A stretch of DNA of 64,000 nt from Spirochaetota bacterium. Lineage in GTDB: Bacteria; Spirochaetota; Spirochaetia; CADAEX01. Positions 1-7,015 of the stretch are shown here, one piece after another; position 1 is the first letter of the stretch; the number at the start of each line of letters is the position of its first letter. The notes below the pieces were generated by a model. That model ran no database searches. It was not told the origin of the DNA and saw only the letters and a list, made by a program, of their open reading frames with translations. The position numbers were made by a program, and so were the translations under genes. The stretch is taken from contig WQTU01000136.1 of NCBI GenBank assembly GCA_009786125.1, forward strand, positions 88 to 64,087, in the 5' to 3' direction.

Positions 1-1
1 C

Positions 2-598
2 GCCGGGGTTGCTCAGGCAACTTTTACAATGTACGGCGGCACCATATCAAACAATACTGTACGGGGTAACTCGATCGCATGGGGCGGCGGGGTAAATGGA
101 ATAACCACCATGCACGGCGGCACTATATCTGGTAATACTGCCTATGCCCACAATACAACAAGTAGTGTTGTTGTTGAAGCACGCGGCGGCGGGGTAAACG
201 GAGCCCTTACTATGCATGGGGGCGCCATATCGGGTAATCATGTCAGAGGCGGCACTACAAGTGGAACTGGTATTGAAGTTACCTCTCACGGCGGTGGTAT
301 GCATGGAGTTCTTACCATGCACGGCGGCACCATATCCGGTAATACTGTCTCTGCCAGCGCAGGTAATATAAGCAACAACCTTACTCTAAGAGGGGGTGGG
401 GTGTCTGTTTTATCCCCAATCGCCTTTACCAAAACTGGCGGAACCATTAATGGCAATGACGGAGGCTCTCCAAATACTGTTATTGGCTCCGGCGCTCAGG
501 GGCATGCTGTGTTCGAATTCGGTTTGAACGCTAGATGGAGAAATGCCACTGCTGGACCTGCAATGAACTCCGACACACCCGGTTTCTGGGAAAACTGA
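2..598 (+). CDS. C-terminal part of a Gly-rich beta-helix repeat protein (Pmp/PATR-like surface protein); 5' end outside window
   Basis: Frame 2 is open from nt 2 (AGVAQATFT precedes the first Met at 29). At least five iterations of '..GGGVNG.LTMHGGTISGNT..'. Stop at 596-598. Confidence 0.6.
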   Translation, partial: AGVAQATFTMYGGTISNNTVRGNSIAWGGGVNGITTMHGGTISGNTAYAHNTTSSVVVEARGGGVNGALTMHGGAISGNHVRGGTTSGTGIEVTSHGGGMHGVLTMHGGTISGNTVSASAGNISNNLTLRGGGVSVLSPIAFTKTGGTINGNDGGSPNTVIGSGAQGHAVFEFGLNARWRNATAGPAMNSDTPGFWEN

Positions 599-730
599 GG
601 AAACGGCAGAATGGCATTGTCAGAGTAAGGATATAAAAAGACAAGCAGTGAGCAATTGACAAAGGAAAACAATGTTTCCTGGCTTTGCTCACTGCTATTT
701 GATTAAACAACAATATAAGGAGAGTTAATC

Positions 731-868
731 ATGGCAATCGATTTTAAAGTAAAAGACGTAATGCACAACATAATAGCAAAGTTTGTGCACGCATTCCTGC
801 CGGAAGCAAAAAAACCCTACAACCTGCGCGCAGTACATCAGGAAGAACTCGACATTCACGGCTTTTAA
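731..868 (+). CDS. 45-aa ORF, possibly a truncated N-terminal fragment of an HU/HIG-like DNA-binding protein
   Basis: ATG 731 is preceded by AAGGAG (716-721). Translation MAIDFKVKDVMHNIIAKFVHAFLPEAKKPYNLRAVHQEELDIHGF. The stop lies 2 nt before the CRISPR-like repeat. Below the ORF-track size cutoff. Family guess is from motif memory only. Confidence 0.3.
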   Translation: MAIDFKVKDVMHNIIAKFVHAFLPEAKKPYNLRAVHQEELDIHGF

Positions 869-870
869 AA

Positions 871-902
871 GTCGCACCCATCGCGGGTGCGTGGATTGAA
901 AC
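871..902 (+). CRISPR. Solitary 32-nt CRISPR repeat of type I-C style (GTCGCACCCATCGCGGGTGCGTGGATTGAAAC)
   Basis: Matches the I-C repeat architecture: GTCGC start, internal 6-bp hairpin GCACCC/GGGTGC, and 3' handle GTGGATTGAAAC. No second copy at plausible spacer spacing on either side, or elsewhere in the window. Confidence 0.6.
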
Positions 903-933
903 TTTGGACTTCCCACGATAATGTGGACAATAA

Positions 934-1137
934 GCTAAGCTCATGCTAAACCTAAAAGAATATCATGGTATTTCCCGGACAAGAACTCCCGCGGGATGGG
1001 AATTATTTCGGCTTAGAAAAGAAGCTGCTGTTCTTCGGGAGGCAAATGAAGTCTTAAAAAAAGCAACGCTCTTATTTGCAACACAGAAGCCCCCTAAGCG
1101 GCGTTCAAATTATAGGGGTAAAATTATCACAGGCTAA
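934..1137 (+). mobile_element. IS3-family OrfA remnant (C-terminal leucine-zipper part), degraded
   Basis: 'ELFRLRKEAAVLREANEVLKKATLLFA' resembles the conserved end of IS3/IS911 OrfA. An A7G slippery run at 1056-1063 sits where the IS3 -1 frameshift site normally lies. No OrfB follows. Confidence 0.55.
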
Positions 1138-1142
1138 TCACA
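1115..1142. repeat. Left copy of 28-bp inverted repeat (GGGGTAAAATTATCACAGGCTAATCACA)
   Basis: Its reverse complement matches 1989-2016 at 27 of 28 positions. It overlaps the 3' end of the IS3 remnant ORF. Confidence 0.9.
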
Positions 1143-1285
1143 ATATCACTATCCATTCTTTCTACATATATAATAATCTGATATACTTAGTTTTTATTAT
1201 ATGTATATACAATTAGCGAGAAAAAACATAGACAGCTTAAAGAAAAACAGAGAAAATGATTATACAAGCCTGCGGAGATTATGTA

Positions 1286-1663
1286 TTAGGGTTTGAATTT
1301 CTGTATTTGTATGTTTAGTATAAATTTATAATGCTTGTCGTTTGCTGTCAACAAAGTCTCATTTCTTTCTAATACTGTTGCTGCTATCATGGCATCAGTT
1401 AACTCCAGTGAATGACTTAAGTTATAGTTTTCCACAAGATACATCGCGTAAGTTGATATAGTCTCATTAATCGGAATAATTTCTACACCCCATTTTTTTA
1501 ATTGCTTTTGCAAGATGCCCAGATCTTTCTTGTTTTGTAACCCTTGTATTAATTCTAAATATGTTATGACCGAAATTTTGAATGGAATATTATCGAAAAT
1601 TATTTTTTTGGCATGAGTGTTTCCTCGCAAGTACCAGATTAATACATCTGTATCAATTATCAA
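1286..1663 (-). CDS. vapC: PIN-domain toxin (VapC family)
   Basis: 125 aa. 'MIIDTDVLIWYLRG' N-terminus with acidic residues typical of PIN. Overlaps the upstream antitoxin gene by 11 nt. Confidence 0.85.
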   Translation of the reverse strand: MIIDTDVLIWYLRGNTHAKKIIFDNIPFKISVITYLELIQGLQNKKDLGILQKQLKKWGVEIIPINETISTYAMYLVENYNLSHSLELTDAMIAATVLERNETLLTANDKHYKFILNIQIQKFKP

Positions 1664-1910
1664 AATTTCTTCCTTTTCTCATATTTCGGACATATAAATC
1701 AACATTACTTATATCTTTTTTGTTTTTCCAGAGTCCAAAGAGCATATCTTCTGATTCAAGTTCTGCTATATCAACAGCTTGTTTTTTCATTATTGGAACT
1801 ATTTTTGCACTTGGTTTTCCTCTATAGGTTACAGTTATGTTCTGCCCGCTGTTTACCAGAGAAATGATCCTGCCTGGTTGATCTCTTAGCTGTTTTGCTG
1901 AAATTTCCAT
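1653..1910 (-). CDS. Phd/YefM-type antitoxin
   Basis: 85 aa. 'ISAKQLRDQPGRIISLVNSGQNITVTYRGKPSAKIVP' fits the prevent-host-death fold. Sits directly upstream of and overlapping the PIN gene. Confidence 0.8.
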   Translation of the reverse strand: MEISAKQLRDQPGRIISLVNSGQNITVTYRGKPSAKIVPIMKKQAVDIAELESEDMLFGLWKNKKDISNVDLYVRNMRKGRNFDN

Positions 1911-1925
1911 ACTACCCCCTCTAGT

Positions 1926-1943
1926 TTGTAGTGTACACTACAA
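1926..1943. promoter_or_regulatory. Candidate TA operator palindrome TTGTAGTG-TA-CACTACAA
   Basis: Perfect 8+8 palindrome 16 nt upstream of the antitoxin start codon. This is the usual place for antitoxin autoregulation. Confidence 0.45.
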
Positions 1944-1988
1944 GTGTGTACTTATCTCCTGCAGAAAGTCAAGTCCTGCGGGATAATA

Positions 1989-2016
1989 TGTGATTAGCCT
2001 GTGATAATTTCACCCC
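1989..2016. repeat. Right copy of 28-bp inverted repeat (TGTGATTAGCCTGTGATAATTTCACCCC)
   Basis: Reverse complement of 1115-1142 with one mismatch. Confidence 0.9.
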
Positions 2017-2302
2017 AAAAATAAAGTTAATCTCTTGTCTGCTTAGAGCTAAATTGCTATTATTGAATAATTAAGGAAGATATTTTTGGAAAATAATGCG
2101 GAACTAAGCCAAAGAATCAATGAAATTCGTAAAATCTTGGGAATAACCAAAAAAAAATGCCAGAAATCAATTTTTATGATTTGCCATTTTCATCGCACAA
2201 AGGCACCAAGACGCAAAGGAATAAATTCCATCAAAAGGACTAGTATCTCAAACCAAGGGGCAGAATATATATCGACTTAGTGCCTCTGTGCCTTAGTGCT
2301 AG

Positions 2303-2340
2303 GGAAGCACTGATTAAATTTGACTCTAATCAGTGCTTCC
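2303..2340 (+). terminator. Hairpin (14-bp perfect stem GGAAGCACTGATTA/TAATCAGTGCTTCC, 10-nt loop) followed by a T-rich tract
   Basis: Read directly from the sequence. Followed by ATATTTTTCTCGTTTTC. Confidence 0.35.
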
Positions 2341-2393
2341 ATATTTTTCTCGTTTTCTTGCAGAAAACTGCGAAAAAAGGATAATAAGGTAAA

Positions 2394-2434
2394 GCTGATT
2401 TATTCTCGATTGAATAAATCAGCGGTTCCCTAGA
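2394..2434. promoter_or_regulatory. Palindromic motif GCTGATTTATTC-TCGATT-GAATAAATCAGC + GGTTCCCTAGA (copy 1)
   Basis: Perfect 12-bp inverted repeat with a 6-nt spacer. The 33-mer 2402-2434 recurs at 62379-62411 with one substitution. Both copies lie upstream of + strand genes for exported proteins. Confidence 0.5.
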
Positions 2435-2534
2435 TATTGTGAGCAAAATTGATTTCCGCAGCCGCAGAGGCTTGCATATTGCATATAAGAGTTTTTTCCG
2501 GTAATATCTAAGCAGGTTGTAAGGAGGTTTAACT

Positions 2535-2726
2535 ATGTATGCAATAAAAGCTGTGTACAATGGTGTAAATTTTGAGCCAAAAGAACCCATACCTGTCAAT
2601 GAAAAATATGAAGTGATTATTACTTTTACAACTCCGTTGAAAAATATTACCCCTTCTCAAAAAATATTTTCCAAGGCGGAAAAAGATATTATTACGCCAG
2701 CCCAAGTCTATTGGAAAGGCTTATAA
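2535..2726 (+). CDS. DUF104/AF2212-like small antitoxin-family protein
   Basis: Strong RBS (AAGGAGG). 'MYAIKAVYNGVNFEPKEPIPVNEKYEVIITF' matches the characteristic N-terminus of this family. No cognate toxin gene is adjacent. Confidence 0.6.
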   Translation: MYAIKAVYNGVNFEPKEPIPVNEKYEVIITFTTPLKNITPSQKIFSKAEKDIITPAQVYWKGL

Positions 2727-2738
2727 GGAGAGTGAGAT

Positions 2739-3782
2739 ATGAAACAGGGAATATTTGTTTTTATTTTTGGTTTTATAGTAACGGTTTTTGGTTTTGCTCA
2801 GGCAGATTCGCGGTCTGCTGCTACTATCAATCTAATTAGGACCGAACAGATAACGGTTGGGCAGCTTCGTGCCGAAGTGGAACCTATGGAAAGATATGGC
2901 GGGCGGGCATTAACCCAAAGCGAGCGTCTTCAAATACTGGATGTAATGATCAATGAGCGGCTGGTTTTGCAAGCTGCTGAGCGGGACAGAGTTATAGTTT
3001 CAGAAAACGAAATTAATGGGCAAGTTCAAGAGTTGCGCAATAATATGGCTCAGCAGCTCGGGCGGCAACCTACTGATGCGGAATTTGCACAGGCAGTAAG
3101 GAATGAGAGCGGTCTGGAAGTGGCGGCTTTTAGGGAAGAGCTTCGCAGGCATATGACTCTGCAAAAATACTTATTTCATAAAAAGGGAGACTTGATTAAT
3201 TCCATAAGACCGCCCACGGAGCAGGAGATTCAAGCGCAGTTTAATCTGGTAAGAAGACATTTTGTTCGTCCGGAGACAATCCGCTTTTCAATGATTTTGG
3301 TTCCTCATGGTACGGATGAAGCTTCCAGAACCGGAGCCAGGGAATTGGCTAATCAGTTGGCCGCGGAAATTGGTACAAACCCTGCAAGGTTTGATGCGGT
3401 TGCAGCTCTCAGCGGACCTAATTCCGGCTTTCGGGCGGGTGACGCTGGTTTTCTTCCGCGGAATAATGAAGCGATGGCTGTTGTTGGCGCTGATTTTATG
3501 AATGCTGCTTTTAGGCTTCGGCATGGCGAAGTATCAGGATTAATCGAAGGTGCAGGCGGGTTTCAAATTATCAAGATTACTGAAAAATACGAAGCGAAAA
3601 ATCTGGAGCTGGGCGATATTTTCCAGCTTGGGACAAGAATTACGGTTAGGGATTATATTGGGCGCAGTATGTACTTTGAGAGGCAGCAGGCGATTTTAAA
3701 TCAGGCAACTCAGGAACTTGTTACAGAATTAAGAGCTGGCAGAGGAACTGTTCAGATACATGAAAGAAACATAAGCTGGTAG
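2739..3782 (+). CDS. SurA/PpiC-type periplasmic chaperone / peptidyl-prolyl isomerase
   Basis: Signal peptide. SurA-N-like 'INERLVLQAAERD'. C-terminal rotamase-like 'GDAGFLPRNN..GEVSGLIEGAGGFQIIKI'. RBS AAGGAG. Confidence 0.75.
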   Translation: MKQGIFVFIFGFIVTVFGFAQADSRSAATINLIRTEQITVGQLRAEVEPMERYGGRALTQSERLQILDVMINERLVLQAAERDRVIVSENEINGQVQELRNNMAQQLGRQPTDAEFAQAVRNESGLEVAAFREELRRHMTLQKYLFHKKGDLINSIRPPTEQEIQAQFNLVRRHFVRPETIRFSMILVPHGTDEASRTGARELANQLAAEIGTNPARFDAVAALSGPNSGFRAGDAGFLPRNNEAMAVVGADFMNAAFRLRHGEVSGLIEGAGGFQIIKITEKYEAKNLELGDIFQLGTRITVRDYIGRSMYFERQQAILNQATQELVTELRAGRGTVQIHERNISW

Positions 3783-3800
3783 TTTTTAGAGCAAGGGGAT

Positions 3801-5972
3801 ATGAGTAATATAGAAAAGAACAAGTTCTTTCCGGATTTAAAAGAACACGCAAGCGAGGGCAGCAAGCCTTTCCCGTATGGAGAATTCGCGGAAATACGGA
3901 ATCAGCAAACAGGGGTGCGATACAGAAACTCCAGGCAGCTTAAAAGCGAAGAAATCGAAATACTTAAACAAAACTTGTGCGAAGCAGATGACTGGTCTTT
4001 AATATCTGTTACAGATCCATTTGATCCTTTGTTAATAAAAAGAACTGTTTTTAAGGGCATTGTCCGCATCGGGCGCTTGGAGAAAGGCATTATAAAGGAT
4101 AAGGACAGGGAATGCTGCTGCGGAATTTCAGACAGCTTTATAATATCATCAGACATAGGAGATTACTGCGCTATTCATAACAACAGATATATTTCTGCTG
4201 TTATTGCAGGTAACTATGTTATTTTATCGGACAATAACGAAATATATACTACAGAAGATGCAAAGTTCGGTAACTGTATTTTAAAAGAAGGCGAAGCTGC
4301 GGCAACTTTGCGAAAAATCAATCTTGTGAACGAAAAAGGGGGCAGAGCTATTTCTGCTTTTAGCGGCATTACAGGCGCAGATGTTTATCTCTGGGTAAAA
4401 CAGCGGGAATCAAAAGAATTTGTTTCGCGGCTGGAATCTTTTACTTGCAAAAGCTTTGATGCCAAAAGAGGTTATTACAGTTTTATCGATGACCATACTG
4501 TTATAAAAGGAACATCTTTAATAAGAAATATTATGACAGGAAGGAGCTGCAGAATAGAGAGAGCCACATGCGTTGATGATGTTACCATAAATTCTTCTGC
4601 TTTAAAGCCTGTATTGCTGGCTAATAACGTTGTTGTAAAAAAGGGAATTATTGGGGAAGGGTGTAGAATCGCAAATTCTTCTGTTGCAGAAGATTTTATT
4701 CTTGAGCCCGGAAGCTCGCTCGACAAGGGCGCGCGGTTTATCCACTCTTTTCTTGGAAGCTGTTCCAATGTTGCCTGCTGCGAAGTCATTAGCAGCTTTA
4801 TATATCCGTCTCACCAGCAGCATCATAACAACTCGTTTCTTATTGCATCTGTTGTAATGGGGCAGAGCAATATTGCAGCAGGTGCAACTTTGGGGTCGAA
4901 TCATAATAGTCGGGCAAATGACTGCGAAATGTGGGCAGGAAGGGGTTTCTGGCCGGGTCTTTGTTCTTCGATAAAGTTTAATTCTAAATTCGCGTCTTAT
5001 TGCCTTTTGGCTAAATCTGATTTTCCTTATGAGCTTAACATCTTTCTGCCTTTTGCTCTGGTAAATAACAATGTGTATGAGGACTCTCTTGAGATAATGC
5101 CTGCTTACTGGTGGCTTTATAATATGTATTCGCTGTTTCGCAACTACTTTAAATTCAAGGACAGGAGCCAAGGGCTGGATTCCATAAAAGGAGTTGAGTT
5201 TGATTTTATGGCGCCTGATACCGCAGAAGAGATTCTGTCTGCCATCTCTTTTATCGAAGATATTTGCAAATCAAATACCGGTGAAACTTCTTGCATTAAA
5301 ATCCCTGCGACCGGAATCGAAAATTCAAAGCGAAAAGTAAAGATTCTTTATCCTGATAAATCAAAAGCTGCTTATATGGAAATGCTTACCTTTTACTGCG
5401 GCAGTGTAATTTTTGAATTTATCGGGAAGTCCGGCGTTGCCTTAATCACTGCACAAATTTTGGAACATGAGCCAGCAGGTGTAAACAAAACTGCCGGGAA
5501 GTTGGATGATAACATCAGTCTAATTTTAAAAAGTAATTGCTCACAAGAAAGGGAGACGGAGTGGGTTAATGCGTGCGGCAGGCTGCTTCCGAAAAAATCT
5601 ATTGCAAATGCAGTAAAAGCTGTTCTGGGCGAAACAGAAACTGTTATTGAATCTTGGGAAGATATGCACGATTATTTTAATGAAGAGTTTGAATTGTATG
5701 AATCGAGAAAACTTTTTCATGCGCTCTCTATAGCTATGATGCTTTATAAAAAAGAAAAACCGGACCATGATCTTTTGAGTAACTTAAAAGCAGATTATGA
5801 AAAACTGCTTTTAAAAATCGAACAAGAGATAATCAAGAGCAGAAAAAAGGATTACGATGACCCTATAAGAAAAGCTCTTTTTTCAAATGAACAAGAAATG
5901 GAAAATGTGCTTGGGGTTTTGGAAAAAGATCCGGTTCTCGGCAGGTTTAAAGCGAAGTTTTCCCTGCGCTAG
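3801..5972 (+). CDS. Large conserved hypothetical protein, probably DUF4954-type (left-handed beta-helix-like)
   Basis: 723-aa ORF 18 nt after the SurA-like gene. 'LKSEEIEILKQNLCEADDWSLISV' and 'GSNHNSRANDCEMWAGRGFWPG' resemble DUF4954 as I recall it. Family assignment not verifiable here. Confidence 0.7.
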   Translation: MSNIEKNKFFPDLKEHASEGSKPFPYGEFAEIRNQQTGVRYRNSRQLKSEEIEILKQNLCEADDWSLISVTDPFDPLLIKRTVFKGIVRIGRLEKGIIKDKDRECCCGISDSFIISSDIGDYCAIHNNRYISAVIAGNYVILSDNNEIYTTEDAKFGNCILKEGEAAATLRKINLVNEKGGRAISAFSGITGADVYLWVKQRESKEFVSRLESFTCKSFDAKRGYYSFIDDHTVIKGTSLIRNIMTGRSCRIERATCVDDVTINSSALKPVLLANNVVVKKGIIGEGCRIANSSVAEDFILEPGSSLDKGARFIHSFLGSCSNVACCEVISSFIYPSHQQHHNNSFLIASVVMGQSNIAAGATLGSNHNSRANDCEMWAGRGFWPGLCSSIKFNSKFASYCLLAKSDFPYELNIFLPFALVNNNVYEDSLEIMPAYWWLYNMYSLFRNYFKFKDRSQGLDSIKGVEFDFMAPDTAEEILSAISFIEDICKSNTGETSCIKIPATGIENSKRKVKILYPDKSKAAYMEMLTFYCGSVIFEFIGKSGVALITAQILEHEPAGVNKTAGKLDDNISLILKSNCSQERETEWVNACGRLLPKKSIANAVKAVLGETETVIESWEDMHDYFNEEFELYESRKLFHALSIAMMLYKKEKPDHDLLSNLKADYEKLLLKIEQEIIKSRKKDYDDPIRKALFSNEQEMENVLGVLEKDPVLGRFKAKFSLR

Positions 5973-5974
5973 AT

Positions 5975-6062
5975 TGCGCCCCGCAACAAGTCCGGGATAA
6001 TAACATCCGTGTCGCGGCGCAGGACGCGGCCTGCTTCGCAATGCCGCAGATCCCGGGAGTTT
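5975..6062. repeat. GC-rich repeat module (family member E1)
   Basis: Starts 3 nt after the stop codon. 6023-6049 (GACGCGGCCTGCTTCGCAATGCCGCAG) matches 23597-23623 at 24 of 27 positions. 6004-6030 resembles the 22562/60434 module. Confidence 0.75.
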
Positions 6063-6166
6063 ATAGATAGGTTTATATTTGTTCCATGCCGCCATCCGGG
6101 GAAGAAAGTATTTTTTGAGCCTTTTTTTAATTGACATAATTTACCTGTCTATTTACAATCTTCCGC

Positions 6167-6913
6167 ATGAAGTATAGAGATGTTTTTACAATTAATTCTT
6201 TTGATGTTGGCACAACAGGTTTTGCAACGCCTGTAGTGCTTTGCGCAATAATGCAGGAAACAGCTTCCAGGCAATGCTCAGATCTTGGCATAAGCATTGC
6301 TGACCTTGCAAAACATAATTTGACATGGATGCTTGCAAGACAATATGTAAAGTTTTCAAACTATCCTGCATGGAGAAGTGTTGTAACATCAGAAACATGG
6401 CCAAGAAATAAAACAGGTATACGCGCTCTTCGTGACTTTATTTTAAAAGATGAAGAAGGGCGGGAACTTGCGAAATCAGTCACAAATTGGATGCTTATAG
6501 ATCTCAATACAAGAAGGCTGTGTAAGACCGACGAAATTCTGAATGATATTGCAATAACGGAAGAATCAATAATGCCCGAAGATTTTAAAATCAGAGTTGA
6601 GAAATTTGACGGAGAAAAAACTACTGCGATTTTTAGGGTAGGGGCTTATGATTTTGATATGAACGCGCATGTTACAAGTATGTGTTATATAAAATGGATT
6701 TTGAATACAGTTCCGCTTGAATTTCATAAAACACATTCTCTCTCGGAGCTTTCTGCAGAATATATCGAAGAAGTATCATCCGAAGTTGATATTGAATCTG
6801 TAGCATATAGGAAGGATAATATTTTTTACCATGAGCTTAAAAACATGGAAACAGAAAAAATTGTTTTTCGGGGTCAGACAGCGTGGCAGGCGCATACCAA
6901 TATTTTACACTGA
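6167..6913 (+). CDS. Acyl-ACP thioesterase
   Basis: 248 aa. The N-terminal hot-dog region 'FTINSFDVG..PVVLCAIMQETASRQC..LTWMLARQYVKF' is typical of the FatA/B-like family. Confidence 0.8.
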   Translation: MKYRDVFTINSFDVGTTGFATPVVLCAIMQETASRQCSDLGISIADLAKHNLTWMLARQYVKFSNYPAWRSVVTSETWPRNKTGIRALRDFILKDEEGRELAKSVTNWMLIDLNTRRLCKTDEILNDIAITEESIMPEDFKIRVEKFDGEKTTAIFRVGAYDFDMNAHVTSMCYIKWILNTVPLEFHKTHSLSELSAEYIEEVSSEVDIESVAYRKDNIFYHELKNMETEKIVFRGQTAWQAHTNILH

Positions 6914-6924
6914 TGGCTTGGCGT

Positions 6925-6984
6925 GTTTTCGCCGGAAACTCGCTCGAAACTTCGTTGCGACGTGCGTTCGCAGTGCTCTCGATG
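6925..6984. repeat. GC-rich segment loosely related to the repeat family (E2)
   Basis: 'TGCGACGTGCGTTCGCAGTGCTCTCGATGAA' resembles 'TCGCGACGTGCTTGCACGCTCGTGACCGAGCGAATGA' at 61790-61826. The similarity is partial. Confidence 0.4.
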
Positions 6985-7015
6985 AACTTCACGCGTAAGG
7001 TAAACGCGTGAAGTT
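6985..7015. terminator. Bidirectional hairpin between convergent genes (12-bp stem AACTTCACGCGT/ACGCGTGAAGTT, 7-nt loop)
   Basis: Perfect stem read from the sequence. It overlaps the stop codon of the minus-strand ATPase gene. Confidence 0.5.

Noticed and set aside
725-944. Two minus-strand ORFs (63 and 66 aa) covering the CRISPR-like repeat
   Set aside because: They are antisense to the repeat and to the small RBS-equipped + strand ORF. Their composition and position suggest chance ORFs.
871-1300. Possibility of a multi-repeat CRISPR array
   Set aside because: I checked positions about 60-75 nt up- and downstream and scanned the window for ATTGAAAC-type handles. Only one repeat copy exists, so I did not call an array.
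2086-2280. 64-aa ORF (TTG start) whose first ~23 residues look like an XRE HTH start ('ELSQRINEIRKILGIT')
   Set aside because: After an A9 run (2148-2156), none of the three frames continues as an HTH domain. The rest is basic low-complexity sequence. At best it is a decayed fragment and cannot be supported as a gene.
2195-2300. Imperfect inverted repeat GCACAAAGGCACCAAGACGC / GTGCCTCTGTGCCTTAGTGC
   Set aside because: Only about 14 of 20 positions are complementary, with a ~60-nt loop. That is too weak to call a structure or element.
2330-2599. 89-aa minus-strand ORF overlapping the palindromic motif and the DUF104-like gene start
   Set aside because: It has no RBS or family signal, and it overlaps a better-supported + strand gene and regulatory region.
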